From a virus (lineage: Duplodnaviria > Caudoviricetes), in IMG/VR virus record IMGVR_UViG_3300005805_000065, positions 1 through 64,000 of that record: a stretch of 64,000 nt of DNA; one strand, given 5' to 3'. Position numbers and translations under genes: made by a program. Under the pieces are notes generated by a model that did not search any database, had not been told where the DNA came from, and worked only from the letters and a program-made list of their open reading frames with translations. Position 1 is the first letter of the stretch. Every line of letters begins with the position of its first letter. Of the stretch, positions 10,800 to 21,241 are shown piece by piece.

Positions 10800-13700
10800 A
10801 TGCTTACTAAAGGTAGATATGATTTAGATATATCGACTTCTTTTAATACTGCTATATCTTCTATTTCTCAAAGAGTAAAACCTCTTATATTAATAGACTG
10901 GCTGGATAGTAGACATCTTGATAAATCTGGAAATACAGAAATAGCATCAAGTAACTATACTAATAGTTTAAAAACAGATCAGGAAGTTTCTAACAGCGCC
11001 TCCGGTCTGCTGGCTGGCAATAGGGCATTAACAAGTAGAGAAATTTTATTTAATAAATCTAGAAATAGAAATTTTTATTTTACACCTAATGAATCGGTTA
11101 ATGGGATTGAACGACAGTCTTTTACCTGGGGTGTTTGCGATGCAAAAGATGTAAACGGTAAAACAATAACCGCAAACGGACAATGGCATTGCATGCCGAC
11201 CACAAAAGACGAACATTACGAGTTCGGCTACGAGTCCTCAGTTAAAAGCACAACAACTCCGCATGCAACATTAAACGGTTATGAGCTGTCTTCGCCGGTA
11301 ATACTTACTTATGTTTTCACAGAAAGAAAAGTTAATCTAATTAAAATAATAACTTCTGAGTATAATGGTCAAATATGTGCTTATAATATAAAAGCATATC
11401 ATAATACAAATACACTTGTTTATAACGAAGATGGTGAGATTCCTTCCGATTCTTATTATTTTAATCATTATTTAGAAAATATTGCTAATGATAATATTAA
11501 TAAAATATTATTAACTGTTTATACAACAAAAAATCCACAAGATTATGTAAGAGTCAGTGAGGTTTCGCCAATATATAGAGTTGATATCACTGATTACATT
11601 ATTAACTTTAATGTTTCAAAAGTTAGAGATGTGCATGAAACAAGCTTGCCAATTGCTGGCGGTGGAAGTAATACCGCCTCACTATCATTAGATAACTCTA
11701 ATAAAGATTTTAATCTATTTAACTCCGCATCTCTTTATGGAAAATATATGAAAAAAGATTTGAGATGCTTTGTATTTGCGGGGTGGGAAAGAGAGCCGTA
11801 CTCGTCAGATCAAATCGTCACAACGCTTTCATCAAACTTAGCTGCCAGTGCAAATTCTATTAGCGTATATAGCATTAATGATTTCCCAGATGGTGGGGCA
11901 GGTAATGATTATGTTCTAACAATAAATCCAGGGACAACAACACAGGAAAGAGTTCTTGCGAGAAAGGGAAGCGGAAACACTTTCACTGTTGTGGAGAGAG
12001 GGATCGGTGATACAAAGGCAAGAACACATAGTACCGGCTCAACTGTTTCATATGACATATTTGAGTATGTTCCTTTTGGTGTTTTTTATGTTGATGAATG
12101 GCAGGCTACATCATCAAGCATGACCGTGTCTGCAAATTTAACTGGCTGGACAAAATTTAGTCAAGATAAGGCTATAACAAAAGGCTTCCTTCTTCAAGAA
12201 ACAACAGTGGCTGAGGCTGTAGAGCATTTGTTGCTAATGACAAACTTCCCAAGAAAAGATGTTAATTATTTAATAAATCCCGACAAGTTTTACCCTAAAA
12301 ACAATTCAGTAATACATTTAAATTTTAATGAAAAAAATGTTGATAGAGCAAATAATTCTAGGACAGTTTCTTCCTCCTTAAGAGCAAGATTGTATAAAGT
12401 TCCACAAGATGGTAATCCGCGTGATATTAGATTAGATATTCTCGACAAATATCTTTCTACATATGAAAAAGCTTTGGATATTAGAACGTCTGTTGCTCCA
12501 TCAAAAAATACAACATCAAAAGAGATATCTGATCAAAGCGGTGAAAGCAAAGCGGTTAACTGGATATCTGGTCAATTTACAGATAAAGATGGAACTGTTG
12601 TGGATAGCTTTTTTAATGGTGTTTTTGATGGATATTATATTCCTTCAAATACTGGTGAGCAAAGATTAATTGTTGGAATAAATAAAGGTGGTGTTAGAGT
12701 CTATTTAAATGAAACTAGAATTATAGATGAGTGGAGGTTTGTAGATTCCGGAACCAATACGCCGCAATCTTTTTCATCTGATTTGTATGAATTAACAGCA
12801 GGTAAAGTATATTCTTTAAAAATTGAATTTTTTGCTGAAGAAAAAATAACAAATGAGCCATTTAAAATATTCTTAAAGAAAGAATATAGTGCTTTTATAG
12901 ATTGGGTTTATAGTCATGAATGTTACACTATGGTTGCCGGTGATAACTATGGGAATAGAACACATAGCTCTTATTTAACTTTTGCGTCAAATACATGGAC
13001 TCCAACAGCAAATGTGAATATTATAGAAAGATCGGGCAGGCAGAATAATGGCATACTGTTAGCGAATGCAAAAATATCTGAACCGTCCGGCGTTGTTTCA
13101 GACGAAGATAGTAGATCTGTTTTACTAGAATCAAATGCTTATGTAAGAATTCCATATCATAATTCATTTGATGTATTTGATTCTAATAGCATTGCTCATA
13201 CCGGTGAGTTTACAATTCAATTATATGCAAAAATGCATAATGGCAGTTTTTCTAATTCTGGGGAATATATTAGCTCTTTTAACAATTCATCACCAACAAG
13301 TGGATTTGAGTTCTATTCTAATTCGGCATCGAATGGCTTTAAACTTGTTACATCAAATGGTATTCAAACAATTTCCTCTAATACTGCACTATCTAATACC
13401 AATTTCAGCCTGATAACAGTTACATATTCAGATAACAGTCTTAAATATTTTATTAATGGAGAGCTTAAGAATACAGTCACTACCACAGGTACATTAATTG
13501 CATTTTCAAATAAAGATATAACAATAGGCGGTAGAGGTGCTTCTTTTACTGCAGAGACAGAAGAATCGTATGCAATAGAAAATGCACCAATTGTAATAAG
13601 ATCTTTTTATATAGATGAATTCGCTATTGCTAATATTGCATTTGATCATGAGATGGTGGTGAATTCTTATGTGCAAACACAAATGCAGCCAATACAAGTT

Positions 13701-14816
13701 ATGCCATTTATTTATGGAAACGATCAAACAATAGGTCAAATTATTGATGAAATTAGTTTGGCTGATTTTGGAAGATTATATTTTGATGAATACAATAAAG
13801 CTAGATATGAACATTTTAATAGATTATTTGAGTCATCAATTACTCAACATTCAAGTGTACAATATACATTATCTGATTCTTCAAATATAATAGACGCAAG
13901 CTATAGTGTTCAATTGCAAACAAATAAAGTAACAGTGAAAACGCAGGGTGTCACTAATAATATTATTAGTAAACAAGGGTTGTGGAGAGCAGAAGATCCA
14001 ACAACAGTTGCTGTTGTTTCTTTAACTGGAGCAATGAGTAATTCAGATACAAGTATGACTGTTACATCAACTAATGATCCATTTTTCCCAAAAACTGGTT
14101 ATTTAATAATAGACAGTGAAATAATTAAATATAGCAATACAACAAGCAACTCTTTTATTTCACTAGAAAGAGGGCAGTTTGATACGGTAGCAGCTTTGCA
14201 CAATTCAAACACTATTGTTAGAGAAGTTAAAGTTTACGATAAATTGACGTTTGATAAAGCACCGGCTTATATGATTGAGCAGCCTTTAATTACAAATATA
14301 ACAACAGTTAAACCACCAAGATTGGAGTTGATTAGATACAATCCAACGCCATACGGTGCTGTCCTAATTGTCGCAGCCTCTAATAATAATACTGCCGGAG
14401 ATATAATTTATCTAGAAGGCGAAAATCCACTTACAGAAGAAAAGCATTTTACTTCTATTGCAGGTATACCGGTGGTGGTTACTGAAAATACCGGCGATGT
14501 TAAAGAACAAAAAGTAACTTTAGATGATAACATTAGAAGATATGGATTAAAAGAAATAATAATTGAAAATCCATTTATTACAAATCTTGATCATGCCAAA
14601 AAATTGGCGAATTTTATTATTAGCAAAATGAGTGACCCCGTGCCAATTTTAAATTTAAATATATTGACAGTGCCTAAATTACAGCTGGGTGATAGAATAA
14701 GGATATCTACAATGGATTCTTTTGATATAATAAATGGTGATTACTGGGTGATAAGTTCTGAGTTTTCTTATGATAAAAGCTTGTCACAGTCTATTGTTGT
14801 AAGGAAGGTAATCTGA
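10800..14816 (+). CDS. Large tail tip/hub protein with PA14-like and LamG/concanavalin-like domains
   Basis: FDGYYIP...GGVRVYLNE.RIIDEW...LTAGKVYSLKIEF is PA14-like. FTIQLY...ITVTY...KYFING...IGGRG...IDEFAI is LamG-like. C-terminal LQLGDRI hub-type motif. Confidence 0.7.
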   Translation: MLTKGRYDLDISTSFNTAISSISQRVKPLILIDWLDSRHLDKSGNTEIASSNYTNSLKTDQEVSNSASGLLAGNRALTSREILFNKSRNRNFYFTPNESVNGIERQSFTWGVCDAKDVNGKTITANGQWHCMPTTKDEHYEFGYESSVKSTTTPHATLNGYELSSPVILTYVFTERKVNLIKIITSEYNGQICAYNIKAYHNTNTLVYNEDGEIPSDSYYFNHYLENIANDNINKILLTVYTTKNPQDYVRVSEVSPIYRVDITDYIINFNVSKVRDVHETSLPIAGGGSNTASLSLDNSNKDFNLFNSASLYGKYMKKDLRCFVFAGWEREPYSSDQIVTTLSSNLAASANSISVYSINDFPDGGAGNDYVLTINPGTTTQERVLARKGSGNTFTVVERGIGDTKARTHSTGSTVSYDIFEYVPFGVFYVDEWQATSSSMTVSANLTGWTKFSQDKAITKGFLLQETTVAEAVEHLLLMTNFPRKDVNYLINPDKFYPKNNSVIHLNFNEKNVDRANNSRTVSSSLRARLYKVPQDGNPRDIRLDILDKYLSTYEKALDIRTSVAPSKNTTSKEISDQSGESKAVNWISGQFTDKDGTVVDSFFNGVFDGYYIPSNTGEQRLIVGINKGGVRVYLNETRIIDEWRFVDSGTNTPQSFSSDLYELTAGKVYSLKIEFFAEEKITNEPFKIFLKKEYSAFIDWVYSHECYTMVAGDNYGNRTHSSYLTFASNTWTPTANVNIIERSGRQNNGILLANAKISEPSGVVSDEDSRSVLLESNAYVRIPYHNSFDVFDSNSIAHTGEFTIQLYAKMHNGSFSNSGEYISSFNNSSPTSGFEFYSNSASNGFKLVTSNGIQTISSNTALSNTNFSLITVTYSDNSLKYFINGELKNTVTTTGTLIAFSNKDITIGGRGASFTAETEESYAIENAPIVIRSFYIDEFAIANIAFDHEMVVNSYVQTQMQPIQVMPFIYGNDQTIGQIIDEISLADFGRLYFDEYNKARYEHFNRLFESSITQHSSVQYTLSDSSNIIDASYSVQLQTNKVTVKTQGVTNNIISKQGLWRAEDPTTVAVVSLTGAMSNSDTSMTVTSTNDPFFPKTGYLIIDSEIIKYSNTTSNSFISLERGQFDTVAALHNSNTIVREVKVYDKLTFDKAPAYMIEQPLITNITTVKPPRLELIRYNPTPYGAVLIVAASNNNTAGDIIYLEGENPLTEEKHFTSIAGIPVVVTENTGDVKEQKVTLDDNIRRYGLKEIIIENPFITNLDHAKKLANFIISKMSDPVPILNLNILTVPKLQLGDRIRISTMDSFDIINGDYWVISSEFSYDKSLSQSIVVRKVI

Positions 14817-16327
14817 TGGCTTTTAGATCTAGCAGTGCTATATCGGAAAATTCTATAGTTTTCTTTGAGGGCGGGCATGACCATGATGGTGTTTCATCTT
14901 CTTTAATAGATACAGAACAATATTCTATTTATGATTTTATTGTTGGCAAAACCGGATCTAATGCAAGGCAGATAAGGCAGCAAAGGAACTTTGATAATCT
15001 AAAAACAGTTGTTTCAAATATTGTTATAAATGATGTTCTTGGTCCATCAGGAATTAGGCTGCTTCCAAACTCTGTTCAATCTGTTCATATTGCTGCCGGG
15101 GCAATCACAGCAAATGAGTTAGCGGCAAATATAGTTTTAGTTAACAATGTTATAAGTAGCAATAATTATGTGCCCAATACTTCTGGCTGGGTTTTGTATA
15201 GCAACGGGACTGCTGAGTTTGGTGCTGCTTCGATTAGAGGTACTCTTACAGCCGGCGCTGTAGTTATTAATAATAATAATTACTGGTATTCTAATGGGGT
15301 TTTTAGAGTCGGCAGTAATTCTGAATTTATGTCGTTTAATGGTTCAGATTTATCTGTAACAGGTGATGTGACAACTGGAAACTTAACAGCTACGGGTGGA
15401 GTAATTGCTGGCTGGGAGATTTCTGGAGATAACTTAGTCAACGGTGCTAACTATGCAGGCGGAATGTCAATTGGACCAACCAGTTATTCTGGCGTACCAG
15501 GTTATCAAGTGTCAAGTCCAATTGGCAATGTTTCCTCAGAATCTGTCTTGTATTCTGGAGGTTTGATTACTGAAAGAGGCAATGATATTTTGGAGTGTTC
15601 GTATTCTGGCATAGTTGTATCTGATGGTTCTAATTCAACAATAATTTTAAACAATCTCGTAGACGCAAATTCAGTTTATGCGCAGGAAGGGCTTTTTGGG
15701 AGTACTGTTTATATAAACGGCTACGGAATCAGTGGTGGTCACTATCTAAATGTTCTTAACGCCGGCATAAGATACCCTTCAATCCCAGGTCCTGGTCAAG
15801 GGTGGGGTATATCTTTTGATTATACAAATAATGGTGGAATTTTTTATGGAGTTATTGATGAAAATCCAGGTCTAATATTATCACTTGATTATGTTAATAT
15901 ATCAGATCGAAGATTAAAAAATGATATAAAAAAAATATCTAATGAGTCTATAGATAAAATATATAAACTGAATGTGTATGAATATCTGTTTAATGACAAA
16001 ACACCGCTTCCTCATTTAAGGGGGCAGCGAAGGGTTGGATTGATTGCTGATGAAGTGAAATCTTTATATCCTGAATATGTTCAATTTGAACCAAAAGAAG
16101 AAGTGTGTGTGTATAAATATGCTGAGCATCCTGATGGTATGAGTAATGATGAAATGAATGAATACGGTGGTGGTTGGGAGTATAAATTCAAAGAGGACGG
16201 AGTGTATACAGTCCCTGTGTATGAACAAATTAAATATTCTGAATTTGTTCCGCATTTAATAGCATGTATTTCAAGTTTAAATCAAAGATTAACAGCGCTT
16301 GAGGAACAATTGGGGTATAATAGTTAA
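14816..16327 (+). CDS. Tail fibre/spike with C-terminal peptidase S74 intramolecular chaperone
   Basis: SDRRLKNDIK...VYEY...GLIADEV motif and terminal coiled coil; Gly/Ser/Asn-rich beta body. Confidence 0.85.
   Translation: MAFRSSSAISENSIVFFEGGHDHDGVSSSLIDTEQYSIYDFIVGKTGSNARQIRQQRNFDNLKTVVSNIVINDVLGPSGIRLLPNSVQSVHIAAGAITANELAANIVLVNNVISSNNYVPNTSGWVLYSNGTAEFGAASIRGTLTAGAVVINNNNYWYSNGVFRVGSNSEFMSFNGSDLSVTGDVTTGNLTATGGVIAGWEISGDNLVNGANYAGGMSIGPTSYSGVPGYQVSSPIGNVSSESVLYSGGLITERGNDILECSYSGIVVSDGSNSTIILNNLVDANSVYAQEGLFGSTVYINGYGISGGHYLNVLNAGIRYPSIPGPGQGWGISFDYTNNGGIFYGVIDENPGLILSLDYVNISDRRLKNDIKKISNESIDKIYKLNVYEYLFNDKTPLPHLRGQRRVGLIADEVKSLYPEYVQFEPKEEVCVYKYAEHPDGMSNDEMNEYGGGWEYKFKEDGVYTVPVYEQIKYSEFVPHLIACISSLNQRLTALEEQLGYNS
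16316..16321 (+). promoter_or_regulatory. -10 box TATAAT 6 nt before ATG (probable leaderless promoter)
   Basis: TATAAT-agttaa-ATG(16328) with no SD in between. Confidence 0.45.
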
Positions 16328-16990
16328 ATGGCTTACGAAAATTATGTCTTTGTTTCATGGACTGATGGAACCCCGATCTCCTCAGATCGTCTGTCTCAAA
16401 TGTCTATGAACATGGAACAGATAAGAGATGCAAATGATGCAAAACCACAAGGGGTTTTGGAATTTATAGAAACCACTTCCGGCAATGTTGTTGCAAATGT
16501 CGGCAGCTCTGATACTCAAGTTTTGGCATTAACAAACCCTGGTGGCGGCTCAGACCAAAGAGTTACAGTTGATCAGAATCGTTTCTATAAAGTAACTTGT
16601 GTCTTTCCAGGCTTTAGTGTTCAAGGTAAAGGTGCAGAAGATTCAACCCTTAAGCTTAAAATTTATAACGCTGTGTCAAATAATTATGGCAGTTCGTCTC
16701 CTGTAATGGTTTGGAATTTTACTACTCCGCCATATTCATTTTATAATACGGCGGCAAACGCAAATACAGTTGTAGAATCCGTCAAGGCAAGCGATATTGT
16801 TGTTGTCGGTGCAGGAACATACTCAGTTTATTTAGAAAGCGGTGGTGGTCTTGTTTCCAATTCCTTCTCTGTAGCGGTAGCAAGAGTTGGCGGCACTTCT
16901 GGATTAACAAATGCTCCACAAATAAGTGTAAACCCCAGTGCAACTGAGCGGCTCCAATTAATCGTTGAAGATGTTGGCGCTAGTGTTTAA
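16328..16990 (+). CDS. Putative minor tail/virion protein
   Basis: N-terminal WTDGTPISSDRLSQM motif typical of phage tail-protein anchors; beta-rich body; end of tail module. Confidence 0.5.
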   Translation: MAYENYVFVSWTDGTPISSDRLSQMSMNMEQIRDANDAKPQGVLEFIETTSGNVVANVGSSDTQVLALTNPGGGSDQRVTVDQNRFYKVTCVFPGFSVQGKGAEDSTLKLKIYNAVSNNYGSSSPVMVWNFTTPPYSFYNTAANANTVVESVKASDIVVVGAGTYSVYLESGGGLVSNSFSVAVARVGGTSGLTNAPQISVNPSATERLQLIVEDVGASV

Positions 16991-17439
16991 TGAGAGACAG
17001 CTTAGCTTCTAAAAGAAAAGATATTACATGGACAGAAAAAAGTGTTCATGGTGAAAATAATCCAAATTACGGCGGTGGCAAATATATAGATGATAAGGGG
17101 TATGTAAGGATTTTAAACCCAGATCACAAATACAATATTAAGGGATATGTTTACGAACATCGCCTTGTTTTTGAAGCATATTTAAACAGATATCTTGAGC
17201 CGTGGGAAACGGTTCATCATATAAACGAAATAAAAACTGATAATCGTGTTGATAATTTATTTCTATGCACAGTCCCGGAGCACAGTGCAATACACAGGGA
17301 AGGCAGAAAGCCATCTGAAAAGCATCGTGCAAAAATGAGGGAAACCATGCGTCGTAAGAATGATGAGATAAGGGAGAGGTCTAAAATAAATCCAAAGAAT
17401 CTTTCGGGCAACGCTGAGTCTCGGGAAAATGGTGTATAA
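16990..17439 (+). CDS. HNH (HNH_3-type) homing endonuclease
   Basis: YVYEHRLV...ETVHHINEIKTDNRVDNL motif with a basic NUMOD-like tail. Confidence 0.9.
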   Translation: MRDSLASKRKDITWTEKSVHGENNPNYGGGKYIDDKGYVRILNPDHKYNIKGYVYEHRLVFEAYLNRYLEPWETVHHINEIKTDNRVDNLFLCTVPEHSAIHREGRKPSEKHRAKMRETMRRKNDEIRERSKINPKNLSGNAESRENGV

Positions 17440-17440
17440 T
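17435..17440 (+). promoter_or_regulatory. -10 box TATAAT 7 nt before ATG (probable leaderless promoter)
   Basis: TATAAT-tgacctt-ATG(17448) with no SD. Confidence 0.45.
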
Positions 17441-17447
17441 TGACCTT

Positions 17448-18617
17448 ATGAAAATTTGCGATGCAAAAGGTTGCGACCAACAGTTTGAACCCAAAACAGC
17501 AAATCAGAAATACGCTGATAAAGAATGCCGTAGGTCAATCGACATCAGCGGTCTTTGTAAATTCCGTAGAGATAAGGGGCTATTTGAAGTGCCAGCTGAT
17601 CCAGTATCGGGTAAAAAGCCCGAATCAGAAGCAGAAATTAAAGTTGCATATACTAGATTATTGCAAGAATATAATAAGATAAAGAACAAGAATGACGATT
17701 TAGTTTCCGCAGTGTATCAAGCTGTTAGAGATGATATTGCTTCTACAAAAGCTAAGCCAATTCCTAAGCCAAAAGTTGATAAAAGACGCGGCAATGAAGA
17801 AGTTGCTGTTGCAATATTGTCTGACTGGCAGCTATCAAAAGTAACACCAGATTATAATTCTACTGTATGTGAAGAAAGAATTTATAGATATGCAGAGAAG
17901 ATTATTAATCTTACTGAGATACAGAGAAAAGATCACCCTGTAAAAGAAGTTAGAATATGGGCTCTTGGAGATATTATTGAGGGGGAGTTAATATTCCCCG
18001 GTCAATCCTTCTTGGTCGATGGTGGTCTGTACAGACAAATTACTGTTGATGGTCCAAGAATAATGAAGAACTTTATTAATATCATGCTTGAAAACTTTGA
18101 AAAAGTTACATTTGTTGGTGTGATAGGCAATCATGGTTCAATTGGCGGTAGAGCAAGAAGAGATCACGACCCGGAAACAAATGGCGATAGAATGCTTTAT
18201 CGCATTACTCAATTGATGTTTGATAAAGAGCCAAGAGTTAAGTTTATTATACCTGATGGTCGTGGAGAAAGACACTGGTATGCAGTGGATAAAATTGGCA
18301 AGTACAAAGCATTGCTTTGTCATGGAGACCAGTTTGGAAGTCTTTCATCATTTTATGCTTTCCAAAAGAAAGCTTATGGATGGAAGATTGGGGCTATTGA
18401 AGAAGACTTTGATGATATTTACATTGGTCACTTCCATACTCCAACAAAGATGACTTTCAATACAGTTCAGTTAAGAATTGCAGGCAGTCCGGAATCTGTT
18501 AATACATATGCTGCTGAGACATTAGCTGCTGCTGGAAGACCATCGCAATCATTAGTATTCGTACATCCCGAGAAAGGCATAGTAACAGCAGAATATAACT
18601 GCTGGTTAGATAAATGA
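17448..18617 (+). CDS. Calcineurin-like metallophosphoesterase with N-terminal Zn-finger/coiled coil
   Basis: Motifs SDWQ, GDIIEG, GNHG, HGD, GHFH. Confidence 0.85.
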   Translation: MKICDAKGCDQQFEPKTANQKYADKECRRSIDISGLCKFRRDKGLFEVPADPVSGKKPESEAEIKVAYTRLLQEYNKIKNKNDDLVSAVYQAVRDDIASTKAKPIPKPKVDKRRGNEEVAVAILSDWQLSKVTPDYNSTVCEERIYRYAEKIINLTEIQRKDHPVKEVRIWALGDIIEGELIFPGQSFLVDGGLYRQITVDGPRIMKNFINIMLENFEKVTFVGVIGNHGSIGGRARRDHDPETNGDRMLYRITQLMFDKEPRVKFIIPDGRGERHWYAVDKIGKYKALLCHGDQFGSLSSFYAFQKKAYGWKIGAIEEDFDDIYIGHFHTPTKMTFNTVQLRIAGSPESVNTYAAETLAAAGRPSQSLVFVHPEKGIVTAEYNCWLDK

Positions 18618-18868
18618 AAAGCAAAAGAATTGATATACCACAATTAAAAAGTTATTATTGCAATGAAGAATTGCGATGTGTTAGGTGTCATAACAAGATG
18701 CTTCTTGGGGTGCAATATTTTGCATCTAAGAAAAGCTACATTGATCTAACATGTGTTGGTTGTGCTCGTGGAGTTGATCTTGAATTAAGAGAATTAAATG
18801 CAATTCTCCTAGAGTTTAATTTTAAACCGGTTAAGGAAAGATATGTTGCTGCAGGACAAGATTGTTAA
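18614..18868 (+). CDS. Small Zn-ribbon protein
   Basis: CxxC...CxxC (CVRC, CVGC). Confidence 0.55.
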   Translation: MKSKRIDIPQLKSYYCNEELRCVRCHNKMLLGVQYFASKKSYIDLTCVGCARGVDLELRELNAILLEFNFKPVKERYVAAGQDC

Positions 18869-19277
18869 AAATAAATTTTACAAGTATTCTGAAACAATTG
18901 TTAAAATAAAAAAAATTGTTAAGAATATGAATCAAATTTATGCGGTGGATCTGACAACAAAGAAAGATGTTATATTTCCATATAACAATGCAGAACTAAT
19001 ACTGCACAGAATATATACTATAGGCGAGGTCGCTAAAATAGTTGAAAAAAGACCTGATACTATTCGAAAGTATGAGAAGCGAGATTTAATACCAAGTGGA
19101 AAAAAGTTTAGCGAAACCTGTGATGGGTACAAGAACTGGCGATATTATGAAAAGCAGGATGTCTACGACATGGTTGCCTTCTTTAATGGAAGAACACCGG
19201 GCAGACCTTCTAGTAATAAACCAGTACAAGCTAAAGTTATAAGAATGTCACAAAAAATCAAATTAAGAAGGAGCTAA
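18843..19277 (+). CDS. MerR-family HTH DNA-binding protein
   Basis: YTIGEVAKIVEKRPDTIRKYEKRDLIP matches the MerR HTH pattern. Confidence 0.8.
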   Translation: MLLQDKIVKNKFYKYSETIVKIKKIVKNMNQIYAVDLTTKKDVIFPYNNAELILHRIYTIGEVAKIVEKRPDTIRKYEKRDLIPSGKKFSETCDGYKNWRYYEKQDVYDMVAFFNGRTPGRPSSNKPVQAKVIRMSQKIKLRRS

Positions 19278-19279
19278 TA

Positions 19280-19495
19280 ATGGCACAAGTAAATAAACTC
19301 AATGAAGGGCAAGTGGAGATCTGGGCTTCTGTTGGTATTACCAAGAACCTAGGCAATTATGAATCCCTCAGACTAGATGCTGGTGCAAGAGTTGTTTGCA
19401 ATGGTATTGAGGATGAAGATGGCTGGAAGAAGTTGTGGGATGCTGTCGATTCACAAATAGAGGCAAAGCTCCAAGAGTTAGATGCTGGGAAATGA
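19280..19495 (+). CDS. Small hypothetical phage protein
   Basis: SD AGGAG; TKNLGNYESLRLD motif recurrent in phage replication regions. Confidence 0.6.
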   Translation: MAQVNKLNEGQVEIWASVGITKNLGNYESLRLDAGARVVCNGIEDEDGWKKLWDAVDSQIEAKLQELDAGK

Positions 19496-19785
19496 TCGAT
19501 AGTTGGAGAAAGAAAGCTCTCTGTCTAATAGACAAGAATAGCAAGTATTGGTTTTCTTATAAATATGAAGAAGTCCAGTATGCTAAAACTGTTTGCAAAT
19601 CATGCACTGTTAGAAAAGAATGCATTCTCAATATGTGGGAAACAGATTCTTTTTATGGTGTTAATGGTGGCTTATCTGAATTTGATGTAATGCAAGAAAC
19701 TTGGAAGAAGGTGAATAAGCCAGATGATTCTAACTGGAAACGAACTGATAGAGTACTTCAAAGATTGTTGCAGAAAGCATCGTAA
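19492..19785 (+). CDS. whiB: WhiB-family Fe-S transcription factor
   Basis: WRKKALC...AKTVCKSCTVRKEC...GVNGG; start at ATG 19492 overlapping the previous stop. Confidence 0.8.
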   Translation: MIDSWRKKALCLIDKNSKYWFSYKYEEVQYAKTVCKSCTVRKECILNMWETDSFYGVNGGLSEFDVMQETWKKVNKPDDSNWKRTDRVLQRLLQKAS

Positions 19786-20026
19786 GCTTTTTATACCTGA
19801 TTCTCCAAGGCAGGAGCAGGTTGCAGACGCGCTATCTTCTTTTTATAAGAAAGACAATCTTGAGAATGCGATAGAATACTTCATAAAATCTCGCCCAGGT
19901 CCATTCTTGGTGTTTGATTTTGCTGTAGAATCTAGAACATTCGTTGAAAAGGTTGAGTTTGAAAAGAAGTCGCAAGATAAGTTTAAGGACATTGTACAGG
20001 AAACTAAAAAAAGATTGGAATCGTAA
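19724..20026 (+). CDS. Hypothetical protein (possible helicase-loader/initiator accessory)
   Basis: ORF abuts dnaB; function inferred from position only. Confidence 0.5.
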   Translation: MILTGNELIEYFKDCCRKHRKLFIPDSPRQEQVADALSSFYKKDNLENAIEYFIKSRPGPFLVFDFAVESRTFVEKVEFEKKSQDKFKDIVQETKKRLES

Positions 20027-21241
20027 ATGAATTACGAAGTTAGATTGCTTAATGCAATCATTGACTCTAAAGATTACATCTCTGCTGTGAATGGAGGTGT
20101 TGAAAATGTGTTTTTAGAACATCGTGATATATGGAATTTTATAGTAAACCATTATGAAAACCATAAGCGAGTTCCGTCTAAAGAAACAGTAAAGCAACAT
20201 CACCCGGATTTTGAATTTATATCAACACCAGAGCCAATTGCTTATTATGTTGATGAAGCTAAAAAAGAATCTTTGGCATATCAGACAAGAAGTATTGTTT
20301 CAAAAGCGCACACATTAATTGGCGAAATGGGCGCAAGGCAAGCGATTTCTTATTTGATGGAAGAAGCTTCAAAGCTTTATAAGTTTTCCAGCAACCTAAA
20401 AGACACTGATCTTGTTGGTGAATGGAAGGATAGAGCCGAGGACTTAAAAGAGAGATCTAAGAATAAAAAGGAAATTCAAGGCATACCTTCTGGCATTAAT
20501 GTAATTGACAAGGTGTTTGGCGGTTGGCAACCTGGAGACTTTGTTGTTCTACTAGGCTGGACCGGCGTTGGTAAATCATTTATTGCAAGATTATTTGCTG
20601 TGAATGCTTGGAAATCTGGTTATAGACCGCTTATCATTTCATTAGAAATGAATAAGCAACAAGAAGGACAAAGACTAGACACTCTTTTAAATAATGGCGA
20701 AGGGCACTTTACTAATACCGACTTAATAAAGGCAAACCCAGACATCCTTGAAACATATGAAAAGTGGGCTGAAGCTACCTTTGCAGGAAAACATGCAATT
20801 CATTTAGTAACATCAGAAGGTCTTGAAACAGCAGATCAAAATATGGTTCAAGCCAAGATAGATCAATATCATCCTGATATTGTTATTCTTGATTATCATG
20901 GTTTATTTGATGATGCATCTGGTTCTAAAACTGAAACAGAAAAAGCAAAGAATCTATCGAAAGCTTTTAAGAGAATAGCTGTTAAGAATGGCGTTCCAAT
21001 CATAGATGTTGCTGCTGTAACAATGGCTGATGGTCATTCAGAGAGACCACCGGAGTTGGAAGAAGTCGCTTGGAGTAAACAGTTGGCATATGATGCTGAC
21101 TTAGTATTGGCGATACACAGAGAAATGTCGTCAGACTTATTCCAAGTGGTGTCTAGGAAAGTAAGGCGAGCGTCACACTTCGGCTTCTATCTTAGATGGA
21201 ACCTAGAAACAGGAAAATGGACAGAGGAGTGGGATATCTAA
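20027..21241 (+). CDS. dnaB: DnaB-like replicative helicase
   Basis: Walker A GWTGVGKS, SLEM, Walker B VILDY, LAYDADLV. Confidence 0.93.
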   Translation: MNYEVRLLNAIIDSKDYISAVNGGVENVFLEHRDIWNFIVNHYENHKRVPSKETVKQHHPDFEFISTPEPIAYYVDEAKKESLAYQTRSIVSKAHTLIGEMGARQAISYLMEEASKLYKFSSNLKDTDLVGEWKDRAEDLKERSKNKKEIQGIPSGINVIDKVFGGWQPGDFVVLLGWTGVGKSFIARLFAVNAWKSGYRPLIISLEMNKQQEGQRLDTLLNNGEGHFTNTDLIKANPDILETYEKWAEATFAGKHAIHLVTSEGLETADQNMVQAKIDQYHPDIVILDYHGLFDDASGSKTETEKAKNLSKAFKRIAVKNGVPIIDVAAVTMADGHSERPPELEEVAWSKQLAYDADLVLAIHREMSSDLFQVVSRKVRRASHFGFYLRWNLETGKWTEEWDI

